Origin: Ylistrum balloti
Lineage: Eukaryota
DNA: 64,000 nt
Assembly (NCBI RefSeq): GCF_031769215.1
Contig: NW_026782003.1
Coordinates: forward strand, 1,178,001 to 1,242,000
Reading direction: 5' to 3'
The position numbers and the translations under genes were made by a program. The notes under the pieces were generated by a model. It was not told the origin of the DNA. It saw only the letters and a program-made list of their open reading frames with translations, and did not search any database. Numbering within the stretch: the stretch's first letter is position 1; the number at the start of each line of letters is the position of its first letter. Below, piece by piece: positions 39,306 to 51,000 of the stretch.

Positions 39306-41655
39306 CTTTATTAAGTTACTCTTGTTTCCGTATCCAATTTCAATCACGTGTTTGATGTTACCACTGATGCTATGTAAAGAGAAACGAAATAAAAGTTTAT
39401 CATATGAATAATAAGTGAATTTAAAGTCAACAATTAAGTGAAATTAATATGGCTTGTTATGATCTTTTTACTTAAATCGTTCTGTCTCTTACTTAAATTG
39501 GAAAAATAAGTTTTGGAAACACACAAGTGGTCTAGGAAGTTAGTTGAGAGATTTGATAAAATTCTAATATTTGTTGTAGTTGAATTCATTTTGTTTAGTT
39601 TTATTGATATGTGTATACACAGTTAAGTGATCCACCATCATGAAAAAGTCGGGGTTTTTTTTCGTGCGGTAACTTTGATGTTTTGAATTAGATTTGGATG
39701 GAAAAATAAATGACGTCAAATAATTATCACTGCGTAACTTGAAAGTACAGATATCACGTGGTATCCAGGTACGTTTGATATGTCTATTATTTACCTTATG
39801 CACGGCACCACCGATTTGTCCGCATAATCTACCAACCCTTTTCTCTCTGAAGAGTGATAATTAAATTTACATCTAATTCATAAGTGCCCCCATACAGCTT
39901 ACTGAAAACGACAAAAAAACAAGTTGCAATCACGTGTATGATAAAGCTGACTGGCAAAAATTCTTTGGGAGCGGTGGATAGTAATACGTCATCTCGGTTA
40001 TTTGAAAAAAAAAATGACAAAATCGTCGTCTCGTCGATGTGGGGTCATGGACGTGACGCATCTTTTCATTTGCTGTAGAATTCACGAAATATGTGTTCAT
40101 CAAACATTTTGTCCTTTACGTTTATCAAAATGTGTTGTGTTCCTATCTTTTTAATCCAACTTTTAATTGTAAGGGAAATCGCTGGATCGCTGGGCTATTT
40201 TAGCATCGAAGTAATAATCATGACCACCGTCTCGCTCATTACATCTGTTGTCGATGATTCAACCGAGAAAATGCAGTTTTATTTTTTATTATTAATTATT
40301 TTTAATACATTAAAACCCTTCAAAGAAAATTAAGATAAGAACAAATGTATCTAAATCCCCTACATCCAGGTGGGTATTCATGTATCTACTTTCAATAGCT
40401 TATGAGAAAGTCACACGACGTAATAGACTTGTTGGAAGTTCTTTTATAAAAGAAAACTCGTAAACCTGAAATAATCAATTTATTTTATTTTTTAATTTGC
40501 AAACAGTTTCACAGCATTAATTTATGTTCACTATAATTTGTTTTAGGTGGAAACTCACAGATAATGCCAACACGAGAACAAAAAAGCAAAAATGTTCTGA
40601 AGATATGCCGTTTTATTTATCACATAACGTTATTTGTATAAGTTAATGAAAATCTATGTTTTAATCAATTATTGAGAATATCTTGACAGCGAAAATTACT
40701 TCTTGTCAAATACAAACATTCTTTTCTTCTGATCCTTCCTCTTATTTTCACAACACAAATGCCATTACTCTGACATATTGCTTGTTGACAAGGCATGCTA
40801 CATGCCCAGTAACAAGACACTTGCCCCTTTGGTTATTAAGATGAAGCTGCTTACACTTTTCAAAATATTTCATCCCTGTGCCATCCGCCACCATGAGACA
40901 TGAGACAATGGTGGCAGGTGCTTTTACGGTCATGAACTTTAAATTCATCACCTCCACAACGTAGGCGTAGAATACAAAAATAACTTTGTCTGATAGGTAT
41001 TGATGTGTATGTGATGTAATGATATCAATTTGATCAATTTTGATAATATATATATATATTGCTTTTGTTTTCTCTATTTCAGTTTATAATCTGCAAAATG
41101 CACTAAAAAGGAAAAGTAGTTAATATAAGCTTATAATCATTTCTAATTTTTAATTACCCATATACTATCAGTTTCACTGGAAATTGATGCAGCAATAATT
41201 TCACAATAAAAAAAAATGTTTAAACTTTGATCAGTTAGATATAAACAATTTTATACATTAAAACAAGAATTCTTATTCTATGGCACAATTTATTGATAAT
41301 GAAAAAAATAAATAATTGTCACATCTCAACATGCCAAACATATACGAAATAAAATCATGCATACATTCATAAATATACATATCTATATGCAATACAATCT
41401 CATCATGCCAATTTAGAGTGTTGTGTTTGACATTTTTTCTCACAGAAATAAAAATAAACAAAATACATATGATATATGTACATTAAATGTGACATTCCAT
41501 TACATAAACTTAAATATAACAAAGGATGGATGGATGAGTAATTGAAAAGGCACTTGGGGTTTTATAATATATAATAAAGTACATCAAAATTAAGGGCAAA
41601 TCTGGCCCTCAAACCACAGCTAAAGGAATGGAGCTAAAACATTAACATGGAATAG

Positions 41656-41725
41656 AAGTTTTTATAACACAACCAATAGAAGATTAGAGTTTTGGTGACT
41701 ACACGGTCACCTTCATCAGACAAAT
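41656..41725 (-). ncRNA. Decayed type I hammerhead ribozyme motif (Penelope-like element type), probably inactive
   Basis: Minus strand: UUUGU CUGAUGA A GGUGAC cgugua GUCACC AAAA C...GUU AUAAA. Stem I is 5 bp and stem II is 6 bp. The core GAAA reads AAAA and stem III is degenerate. Confidence 0.45.
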
Positions 41726-42078
41726 GACCAGTGTGGAGCATACTAGCACTGACCTACATAGTGTATGAGATGGTAAGGAATTTGCCAATGTTTTAGGTTG
41801 TACTACAGTCCTGTGTACATAAAGGTCAAAATAGTATGACGAGATGGTATATGACAGATTATAGACCAAAGAATACACAAGATGGTAACAATATGGCTAT
41901 GCTCCACACTCATAGATCAGTAAAACATGATAATCAAGATATAATTTAACTTGACAATATAATTACCTCCCTTTGTATATCATATACCTATAAATACAAA
42001 TTACCAACTACTGGACAGCTGATTCAAGTGTCCAGTTTTGGACTGATATGGTTTATTTCATTAAATTTGGCGCTCTAG

Positions 42079-42228
42079 GTGTGTATGTTAGGGTGTGTGT
42101 GTTAGGGTGTGTGTGTGTGAGGGGGTGTGTGTGTGAGGGGGTGTGTGTGTGAGTGAGGTTGTGTGAGTTAGGGTGTGTGTGAGTTAGGGTGTGTGTGTGA
42201 GTGAGAGTGTGTGTGAGGGTGTGTGTGT
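42079..42228. repeat. Interrupted (GT)n microsatellite
   Basis: GT runs punctuated by gaggggg and tagg. Confidence 0.95.
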
Positions 42229-42244
42229 ATGATGGATGTTTCTG

Positions 42245-43075
42245 ATAAGAGGCCTACGGGCCTTGATGGTCACCCGAAATAAGCAACATAGAATATAAAG
42301 GTTAAAGGGTAAGTAGTTATCCAGTGTTATGGAAAAGAAACTGTGACAATGATGAGAGTTAGCTAGTGTCAATACATGCATACCAGCAAAACTGCCATCC
42401 TATACTAGTGATTCTGACAAAAATACTTCCAGTGGGAAATGCACAACAATCTGCTCAAAACTGCTATTTTTCTACAGAAATTAAAGTAAAGAAGAAATGT
42501 GAGATCAATTTTTGGATTAAAGCCCATTAAAACGCTTCCATACATGAAGAGCATTTTGATTTTACCATACCTTCGTGTTGAGAAGAAGATTTTTGAAATT
42601 AATGTAATTTTAACCGCTTTTGGCCCGTTAAACAGCCTCTGGGTCAGCCAGGATTAGGGCATATCATCAAGCTATCGTCCTTTGCTAATAATTCTAACCA
42701 AGTCTGAAATATTTCCAATGGAAATTAAACAAATTATGTCCAAAATGTACTTCCCCTATATCAACTATAGTTTATACCTTACTTTTACCTCCTCCCCAGG
42801 GGGAAATTTTAGATCCTTCCATCCATGAAGAGCATTTTATTCTACCATATATAGGTGTTGACAGGAAGATTTCAGAAATTTGAGTCAATTTGACCTCTTT
42901 TGGCCCAAGCCATCAGGCCCCTGGAGTGTGGGGACCATATAACTAATTCCTTTTGTTTCTCTTTAACCAGGAAAAGTTTATGAAAAATTTCACTGAAATT
43001 AGATGAAGGGTTTCTGAGAAGTCAAACATGTTGGAAAATTACAGATGCATGATGCCAGACAAACAGTGGCAGTAA
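42245..43075 (+). mobile_element. Non-autonomous bivalve-type interspersed repeat (HINE/pearl-like), degenerate
   Basis: 5-prime end aagaggcctacgggccttgatggtcacc resembles the starts at 46780, 48977 and 60803, followed by internal subrepeats. Confidence 0.45.
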
Positions 43076-45001
43076 AAATTATACAAAACAAATTTTGAAA
43101 TTAGCAAGATTGAGGTAAAAAGCTGGGAAATTATTTGGACAAAACCTTAATACACTGAAACCCCTCAAAAACATGAAACTGAATTATTTATACAGCAACA
43201 TAGCTACAATTAATGAAGAGAGCTGATGGTAAATGTCTTTTTTGTGAATATAGCCAGTCACTTTGTCATTGATTTCATAACTGTTACTATGTACAACAGT
43301 TTTTTATCATATGATGAATTAGGTCTGCCATGGAAACACAAACTTCTGCATATCTTAAGAAATGAAGAGAAATATCTCCTTGGGAATTATGTAGATGAAC
43401 AGAAAGATTCAATATGATAAGCATGAAATATACAATAAGGAAAGTAAGAAACAACGTGAAATAACGTATATACAAAGACTTACTGTTGAATGATATAAGA
43501 ATACTAATAAAAAAAGCAATTTACAGTGCTTTCCAAAACACATTATAAGATATGTAATATCCATGCTGTCAAAAATGTGATACATGTACTTAATACAAAT
43601 ACATACTATGTTTGAGAAAACTCTTGAATACACAGTATTTGGTAAAAAAACTTATTTTTTCTGTTACTTTATACTGATTACAAACAGCAGTTGATATGGT
43701 TGCACTAATTAGTTATTGTAATAATTTTACAAGATATGGTAATAGGCTCAGAATTTCAATACACCACAATATATATGCTATAATGTTTTGTAGGTTAATG
43801 TTGCTTTCATTTAGAAACAAATGCCCATGGACCCTCTAAACACTTTTGGTCAATATAAATGAAACTATAGTGCACTGCTAGACCATTTTGACATTGCTCA
43901 GAAGCACGAGGGTATTCGGCTGAACCTTTTGCTATCTATGATAATTGTTTCTTTGTAATTTGAACTATATAATTAGTTACACTCATACTTATGTATACAA
44001 ATAAAACAGGATTATTTGTAATAATTAATTTCCAGATATAAATGTGTGTAAGATTTGCTGTTACCTGGTATATCACCTATAATTTTTTTTTTTTTTTATT
44101 ATCTGTACTTTTTAAAAATAACATGAGTACCTTAACAAAAAGAAATTTGCATGTTGGATAATTTCCCATGTCATGGAAGTGTCACAAACATTATATTTCT
44201 AGCTGGTTAATTACCGATTTTTATCAAATCAGCTTGATCATATTAAATGGATGTCTGAAAAAATGTAAACAAATTGATTTCTTTACTTGCTACTATTTGT
44301 GCTACATTAAAAAAGTCTACAATGCATCTTTATTTTTAAGTTAGGAACCTTGTATGTAAGGCTCCTATATACCTGAATCTCATATCAAACTTATCTCATA
44401 TTTACCTTATCTTATATATACTTATATTTACACCACTTAGTTGAATACTGTCAATGTTCATTTATCTGTGAAAAAATTTAATATTTTGGCTCCTTCAGAA
44501 TGAATTCCATATTTCCAAACACCATTGATTTCATGTTTATGTTGTTTCGGTTCACTAGTAGAAGCGAGGTAAATGGTAACTTAAGATATTATTGTTAGGA
44601 TTATAAGTTTTTATTTGAATGTTTCCTTGTACTTTATATATATTAAATAAAATAATGATATTTGCTAGTTAATATAGTGACATGTGAATTGTGTACGAAA
44701 AAAACAATATTCATGTTTGGATATTAATTACTTTACATGTCTTTGCCTTTGTCAATAAAACATTTTGAAAAAAAAAAAAAAAAAAATGAAAATAGTTACT
44801 GTATACTGCATGTTGACTGAACACCTAGTAGTACACCTACTAACATGGTTGGAGCACAATGAAAATTGTTGACAACAAGCATTTTCCTTGTTTTGCAAAC
44901 AACTTTTATCCAGAATTTCTTTGTTGGCCTGCTGGATTTGCTGTAGTAGAAGTAAGTATCAGAACAAACCACTGGTCATCTCCATACAATACACACAGAC
45001 C

Positions 45002-48000
45002 TCAAACCCTTTTGTAGGTGATCAAGTATTCTGGATAACATCGGTCCTTTTCAAACACAACAAATTCCCGAAAGATCCAGAAATCCTCCACAACAATCGA
45101 GTCATAATTTCCTGCATGTGACAGATCAGCACACATATCTTTCTTGCATGTTTTACATGGAGGACGTTTGAAAGCAGCTGCTGGTTTTTTATTTAATATA
45201 TACGGCTCTCCTAGACATATTCGGGTCAAGAACATCTTCTTGTCACTTGTCTTGTCACGCTTTGTCACATAATCTGTAAAGTGAAACATCAGAAATTTCA
45301 TTGATGAATTAAGCATGCAGTTTCATCTTGTGAAGATGTCGATGTTCACTACGTTTAGTTTTCAAAATTAGTATATATGATTACTAGAACTGTCATCCTA
45401 AGGATACCGTATGGAGACCCCAGTCCCCAAACCCCAGATACAAAGGGTATGTATATCAACTGTTTCAGTTTCAGTCCCAGTGACCTCAGGGGCAAGGTGC
45501 TTCACTTTACCATTATAGTAGTGAAATATTTCAATATTTTCTTATTAATTCACATTTTTTCACTAGATACATTTTCAAGGTAATCTAGAAAAGAGTTGGT
45601 GAAATTAGTGAATTTTTTCTCTTTACCATTAACAGTAACATGAGACTCCTGCCCCACCCTACATTTCCCTACCCTTGTTATTTTTTGAGGGTTTTATCCT
45701 ATATGTAGGTACAAAATTAAGCAAACTGATACAAATTGAGCAAAAACAAATTAATTGAAAACAAAATATAAGGCTGTTACACCATTGTGGTATTTTGACC
45801 CTTCGTCATGGTTCACAATCCCATGTCACATTGGTCAAGCATTTGTGTTGTTAGTGTTTGCCTTCTTACACACTGAACCTTAAATCTCCAGAATGCTATT
45901 TGAAATTACTGATTCAACCTACATTCCGGCATGTGTTAAGAGTGTGAAGCTGACCATGTTGATTTTTTATATTCTCTCCTAAAATTGTAAATAAGGAAAC
46001 TTGATAGCCAATATTTCCCTATATCATCAAACTTGCCTAAATAACTTGATGAAGTCACTTCCTGTCATATGTGAATATACTTTTTCTTCTCAATGTAATT
46101 TTCTAAACAATTGATCTAAAATAACAGAAAAACTGTCTGATGTTGGCAACAACCATCATTTCTGTGTCCAAAATACCAAAAACTGCCTTTTTTTGTGACT
46201 TTCTGAAAGTTCATCCAGGCTCCAGTACATGTCAGTACCATTTTGACGCATGAAACACTAAGATGATCACATGACAATCACATGTTCCAGAGAGGTGCTA
46301 CTCAAGCAGATCATTTACAAATAAAATACCATTATTCTCCAATTTTATCTGAATAACTAGTTCGCCTGTAAATGTATTGATCTGAAAGAAAACATCATAT
46401 ACACAGCAAACAGATCACTACAAATTGGTAAACACAATATCAGTGTGCAGATATTTTTTGCACCATGCTATTGTGGCGAGAACAGGAAATGTTGAATGGT
46501 TATAAAAGCACAACACTTGATCAGATAAGCCATGTCTTCTAACAAAATCTTTGAACATTCACAAAATTACAGCTGGACCCATTTCAAAGTGACAGAAAAT
46601 GGCTGTGATAAACACAATCTGTTGTCACTTCTACAATTGGAACAAACTGTAAAGATTTTCTTTAGCATGGACCGGAAAAAGATAGGTCATGACTTGGAAT
46701 CTATAAATGTTGAGACTTGTAAAAGGCTTAGGTGGGATCTGATATATAGGAATGTCTTAGATGATAATTAGTGTTAAGACAAGAGGCCTAGCAGCCTTCA
46801 TGGTCACCTGCAATAAGTAATATTGAACACAAACATTAAAGGGTATACCTTTGAAGTGTCATGAAAAAAAAATTGTGACACTGATGCTAGTAAACCAGTG
46901 TAAACACATGCATACCATCAAATCTATCATCCTATGCTAATAATCCTTATAAAGTTATTCTAAATAAAAAAATATCAAGAAAATACTAACATGTCAACAT
47001 AATCATAATCTAAACTCAAATTTCATAAAACAAGTGCAAAATACAAACAAAACAAAGATTTACATGGAGACTCCTGATCAAGTACAAGAAGAATAAGACC
47101 AGGTGTTTCGGAAAAGTAAGCACCTTCTGCTTCGGAATCAACAGGCAAATTAACAGAGCATCAAACATGTTCAGCTTCAGATCACACTACGAAATTGAAT
47201 ATTTCTCAATGACATCACTATGTTTATCCCCAACCCGATCCCACCCCATTCATTATCTAATAATATTAGATGGCATCACGTTTAAATAGAATCAGTCATC
47301 CCTGTCACAAGTTATCATCTTGAAGCCAAAATATGATGAAAGTCTATTTTTATAAATAGTGCTCTTTGAAGTTGACCTTTTGACCCAAACCACAATTCCA
47401 CTAAGTAATACCTCATAAGCTAACATTGTATGAAATTTCAACCAAATTTATCAATCCTTTCTGAAGTGAGCTGGAAACTAAAATTTGACAAAAAAAAAAA
47501 ATTTTTTAGCAACAATGACCTTCATAGTTGATTTTTTGACCCCAAACTCGATCGCACTCATTATTACCTTATAAGTTAACATCGTATGAAGTTTCAATAA
47601 AGTCAATCTATCCTTTCTAAAGTTTTCATATGGAAACCAAAATTTGACGAAAAATATCTTTTTGTAGGAACAGTAAGGTTTGTGGTTGATCTTTTGACCC
47701 CAAACTCATTTCCACTTTGCATTACCTCATAAGCTAACAATGTATGAAGTTTCAACTAAATCCATTCATTCTTTCTGAAGTTATCATCTGGAAACCGATA
47801 TTCTGACAGACAGAAGGCGACAAACACTATAGTCCCCGCCAGTTTCTGCGGCAGGGGTCTGAAAAACATTGATCAAAATCTATGACTGCCAAAGATGAGT
47901 CTGATGATGGTGCGCTAAAAAAGTTACCTGCATATTGGTCTGACTTTGTGGAGCTCTCTGCTGTGTATACCCCCTGTCCGATGACTGTATTACCAGCCAA

Positions 48001-51000
48001 TCTATTGTCCAAACCCTGGGCAGTAATGATCGCTACTCTGTCCTCAGGTGTTCCATGAAATGTGTAATGCTCATTAATCTCCGGATAGATGTCCTGCATC
48101 AGAGTAGCATCACACAACTTTGTAGTCAGCACCGGCGTATTAGAGGAAACAGCAATTTTTTCAATTGGAGTCAATGGCTTTCCATATTTGGCAGCCTTGA
48201 GAAAAAAATGGGATCTACTTTGAGCATATTTTTCATATAAAACAGGATTTTCTATACGTTCAATATTTGTAACTTGGAGGTTACTGTATCCAATCTGTGC
48301 CAAGCCTTTAGCATCGTTTCCATGTCCAAAATGGGCTGCATTCCAGGACTTTTTGACAAGTGTTTCTATGGCTCTGTACACATTTCTAGTCACTGGTAAA
48401 TACACAGCATGGCTGGATGCTGTAGGAGCCAGGGTCAAGTTCCAGACCTTGAGAGGTTTACTGTTGTCATACTTAGTCCAATATGATGGAGATATTGGAG
48501 ATTGTTCATACATATAGTTGAAATAAGCTTGAGTTCCCTTTGTTGGAGGTGGCCGTTTCTGCAGTGATGGAGTCTTCATGTCTCCTGACGAAGCATCAGG
48601 ATTATGTACATTGGGTTGACGGGCAGGGAGTGGTGGAGGAGTCACAGGCTGACGGAAAGGGAGTGGTGGAGGAGTCACAGGCACTGAAAAGGGTTTGAAA
48701 AGATTGTAAATGTACTACTTATGAAATCACAATCGTACTTTTAAAGACATTGCCTGGAAAAGTATTTTCATAAGTTGTTTCTAAAGTTTCTTACCACATA
48801 ACTGGTGGCTTTGTGGTTCTGATTCATCCATTTTACTATCAAGCTTATATTTCTTAACATAATTCAGTATTTCAAAGTTTGATTTACGTAGCTATTTGTT
48901 TCAGTAGGTCTAGATATATAATCAACACTGATGATCAATCATGTATTTTGGAGCAATTAAAAAAGCCTGCTGATTCAAGGGGCTCAACGGGCCTGTACTG
49001 CTCACATGGTATTCAATGCTCACCAAAAGTAGAATCAGTGTTTATCACCAATTTATTGACATTCAAAGCGAGCACATCCAATCAATTTTAACCAACACAA
49101 GAAGGAGCTTCTAATACTTCATTCTTTTTGTAAACATTGTTGGGCTTCATCCTAGGAACCTGTCAGCTAAATTCTTTTGCATCTTTGGTTCATAAGAGGA
49201 AGTTGTTTTAAGGTTTTCAACAAATTCAACCCCTGTGACCTTGAAGAAAAACTTCAAGGTCATTTCTTTGTGCAGACTTTTTTGGGCTTCATCGAAGGAA
49301 CCTGCGAGCCAAATACCTTTTATTTGTTTATCAATTCATTAATTTATTCGATTAGACTTAAATCCACTATTGAGGTCCTTTGGCCTTTCAGTAGACCAGT
49401 ATATTGTATAGCCAAATACCACACTGTTGGACCATTTGGTTAGTGAGAAGAAGCAGTTCTAAGGTTTTAACAAATGTCAAAAGGTCATTTCTATTTGCAA
49501 ACTTTGTCATGTTTCATCCTTGAACCTATCAGCCAAATACCATGCTTCTGCACCTTTTGGCTATTTCAGATGTAGTTGTTTTAAGTTTTAAAAAAAATTG
49601 TACCCTGTGACCTTAAATGTTTGTCACATTTCTTTTTCTTTCTTTTTTTCCAAACTTTGTCAAGCTTCATCACTGAAACCTATTAGCTTAATACCATGTT
49701 TCTGCAACTTTTTGTAATTCAGTATAAGTAATTTTACAGGTTTTAACAAATTGACCCACTGTGACCTAAAATAAGGTCAAGGTCATTTGTTTTAGCAAAC
49801 GTTGGGCTTCACCTAGCAACAAATGCTGTGAAATCTGGTCTATTAATGATTTAGAAGTTGTTTGAATGTAAAAGTTGATGATGGTGGATGGATGGCAGAT
49901 GCCACAACACAGCATAAACTCACTAATGGTCCTTTGGGTTAAATGAGCTAAAAATGACACTTTTCATTGCTATGGAAATTTTAGTATAGGACACTCAGCT
50001 CTCAACAGTGAATTAATAACTTTCTTTGTGCATACCTGAAGATATGAAAGGCTGACATTCACTTTTGAAAGCCTGAAATATATAAACAAAAAACAAAAAA
50101 ATCATTAATATTCAATTTGCCACATAACTGTGTGTAGCACGCATATATCATTTTCTGAATTTGTGATCATGCGCAAGAACAAAAAGTAGACGTTCAAAAG
50201 TTTTAGCTTATCATCAAAAAGTACAGTAAGATGCACTTGCTCTTTGACTTTGATATACCTTCTGTAAAGCTCCCACACCCTGGCCCTTGTTGAAGATCAC
50301 GATGCGGATATCAGTCAGTGTGGTTTGGGGATTGTCATCACTAAACTCCTTTACACAATTGATCATTTCCTTTGCTACAACATTAGCAGGATAGCCGAGA
50401 CTACCTATTCCTAAGGTTGGAAAGGCTATAGATGTTGTACTGTAGCTGGTTGCTTCCTCTAGACAGCCCATCATGAATCCAAATAGGTCCTGTAAAACAT
50501 CAGACATGGCATTTGTAATAGAAAAACCTAGTGTCTGTTGTTTCTGAATCAGGATAAATAGAATTGCATGGCCTATGACCTTTATGAAATAACTTTCAGA
50601 CACTTTTGAAATTTTCTTGCAGACTGGCACGATCACTTTATATATCATATGGATTCAAACATGTATCCCACAATGCACTGACCTCTTTCGCCTCCTCAGA
50701 GTTAGTGTTTGACCAGTCTGGTAGACAGCCATGGTAGACGTAGTTACAGGCAAGGCCGTATCCTTTTGTCGTCAGTATCTGTCCTGTGGAGATGCCGTTA
50801 GGGTAACTTTTGATGCATTCATCCTGAAGGCTTTGACCTGCGACCTTGAGCAAGGCCTCTGACAGGCCTCCATTTGATAAATCAAGATCAAATGGTACAC
50901 TGTTCACTATTACTTCCACCTAAAAAAAATCAGTTTATTGTTTTGTGATTTTGTTTCTGTTTCTGGTTCCCACTGGTAGTTGCATTAATCATCTTTGCCC

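Noticed and set aside
40748-40957. GC-richer 69-aa ORF
   Set aside because: No recognisable family in any frame and no convincing splice sites; left unassigned.
47827-47927. C-terminal extension of the 285-aa PARP ORF (GNFFSAP...WRGL)
   Set aside because: Read-through past the donor at 47927 into intron and repeat sequence; the catalytic domain is completed by exon 45002-45273.
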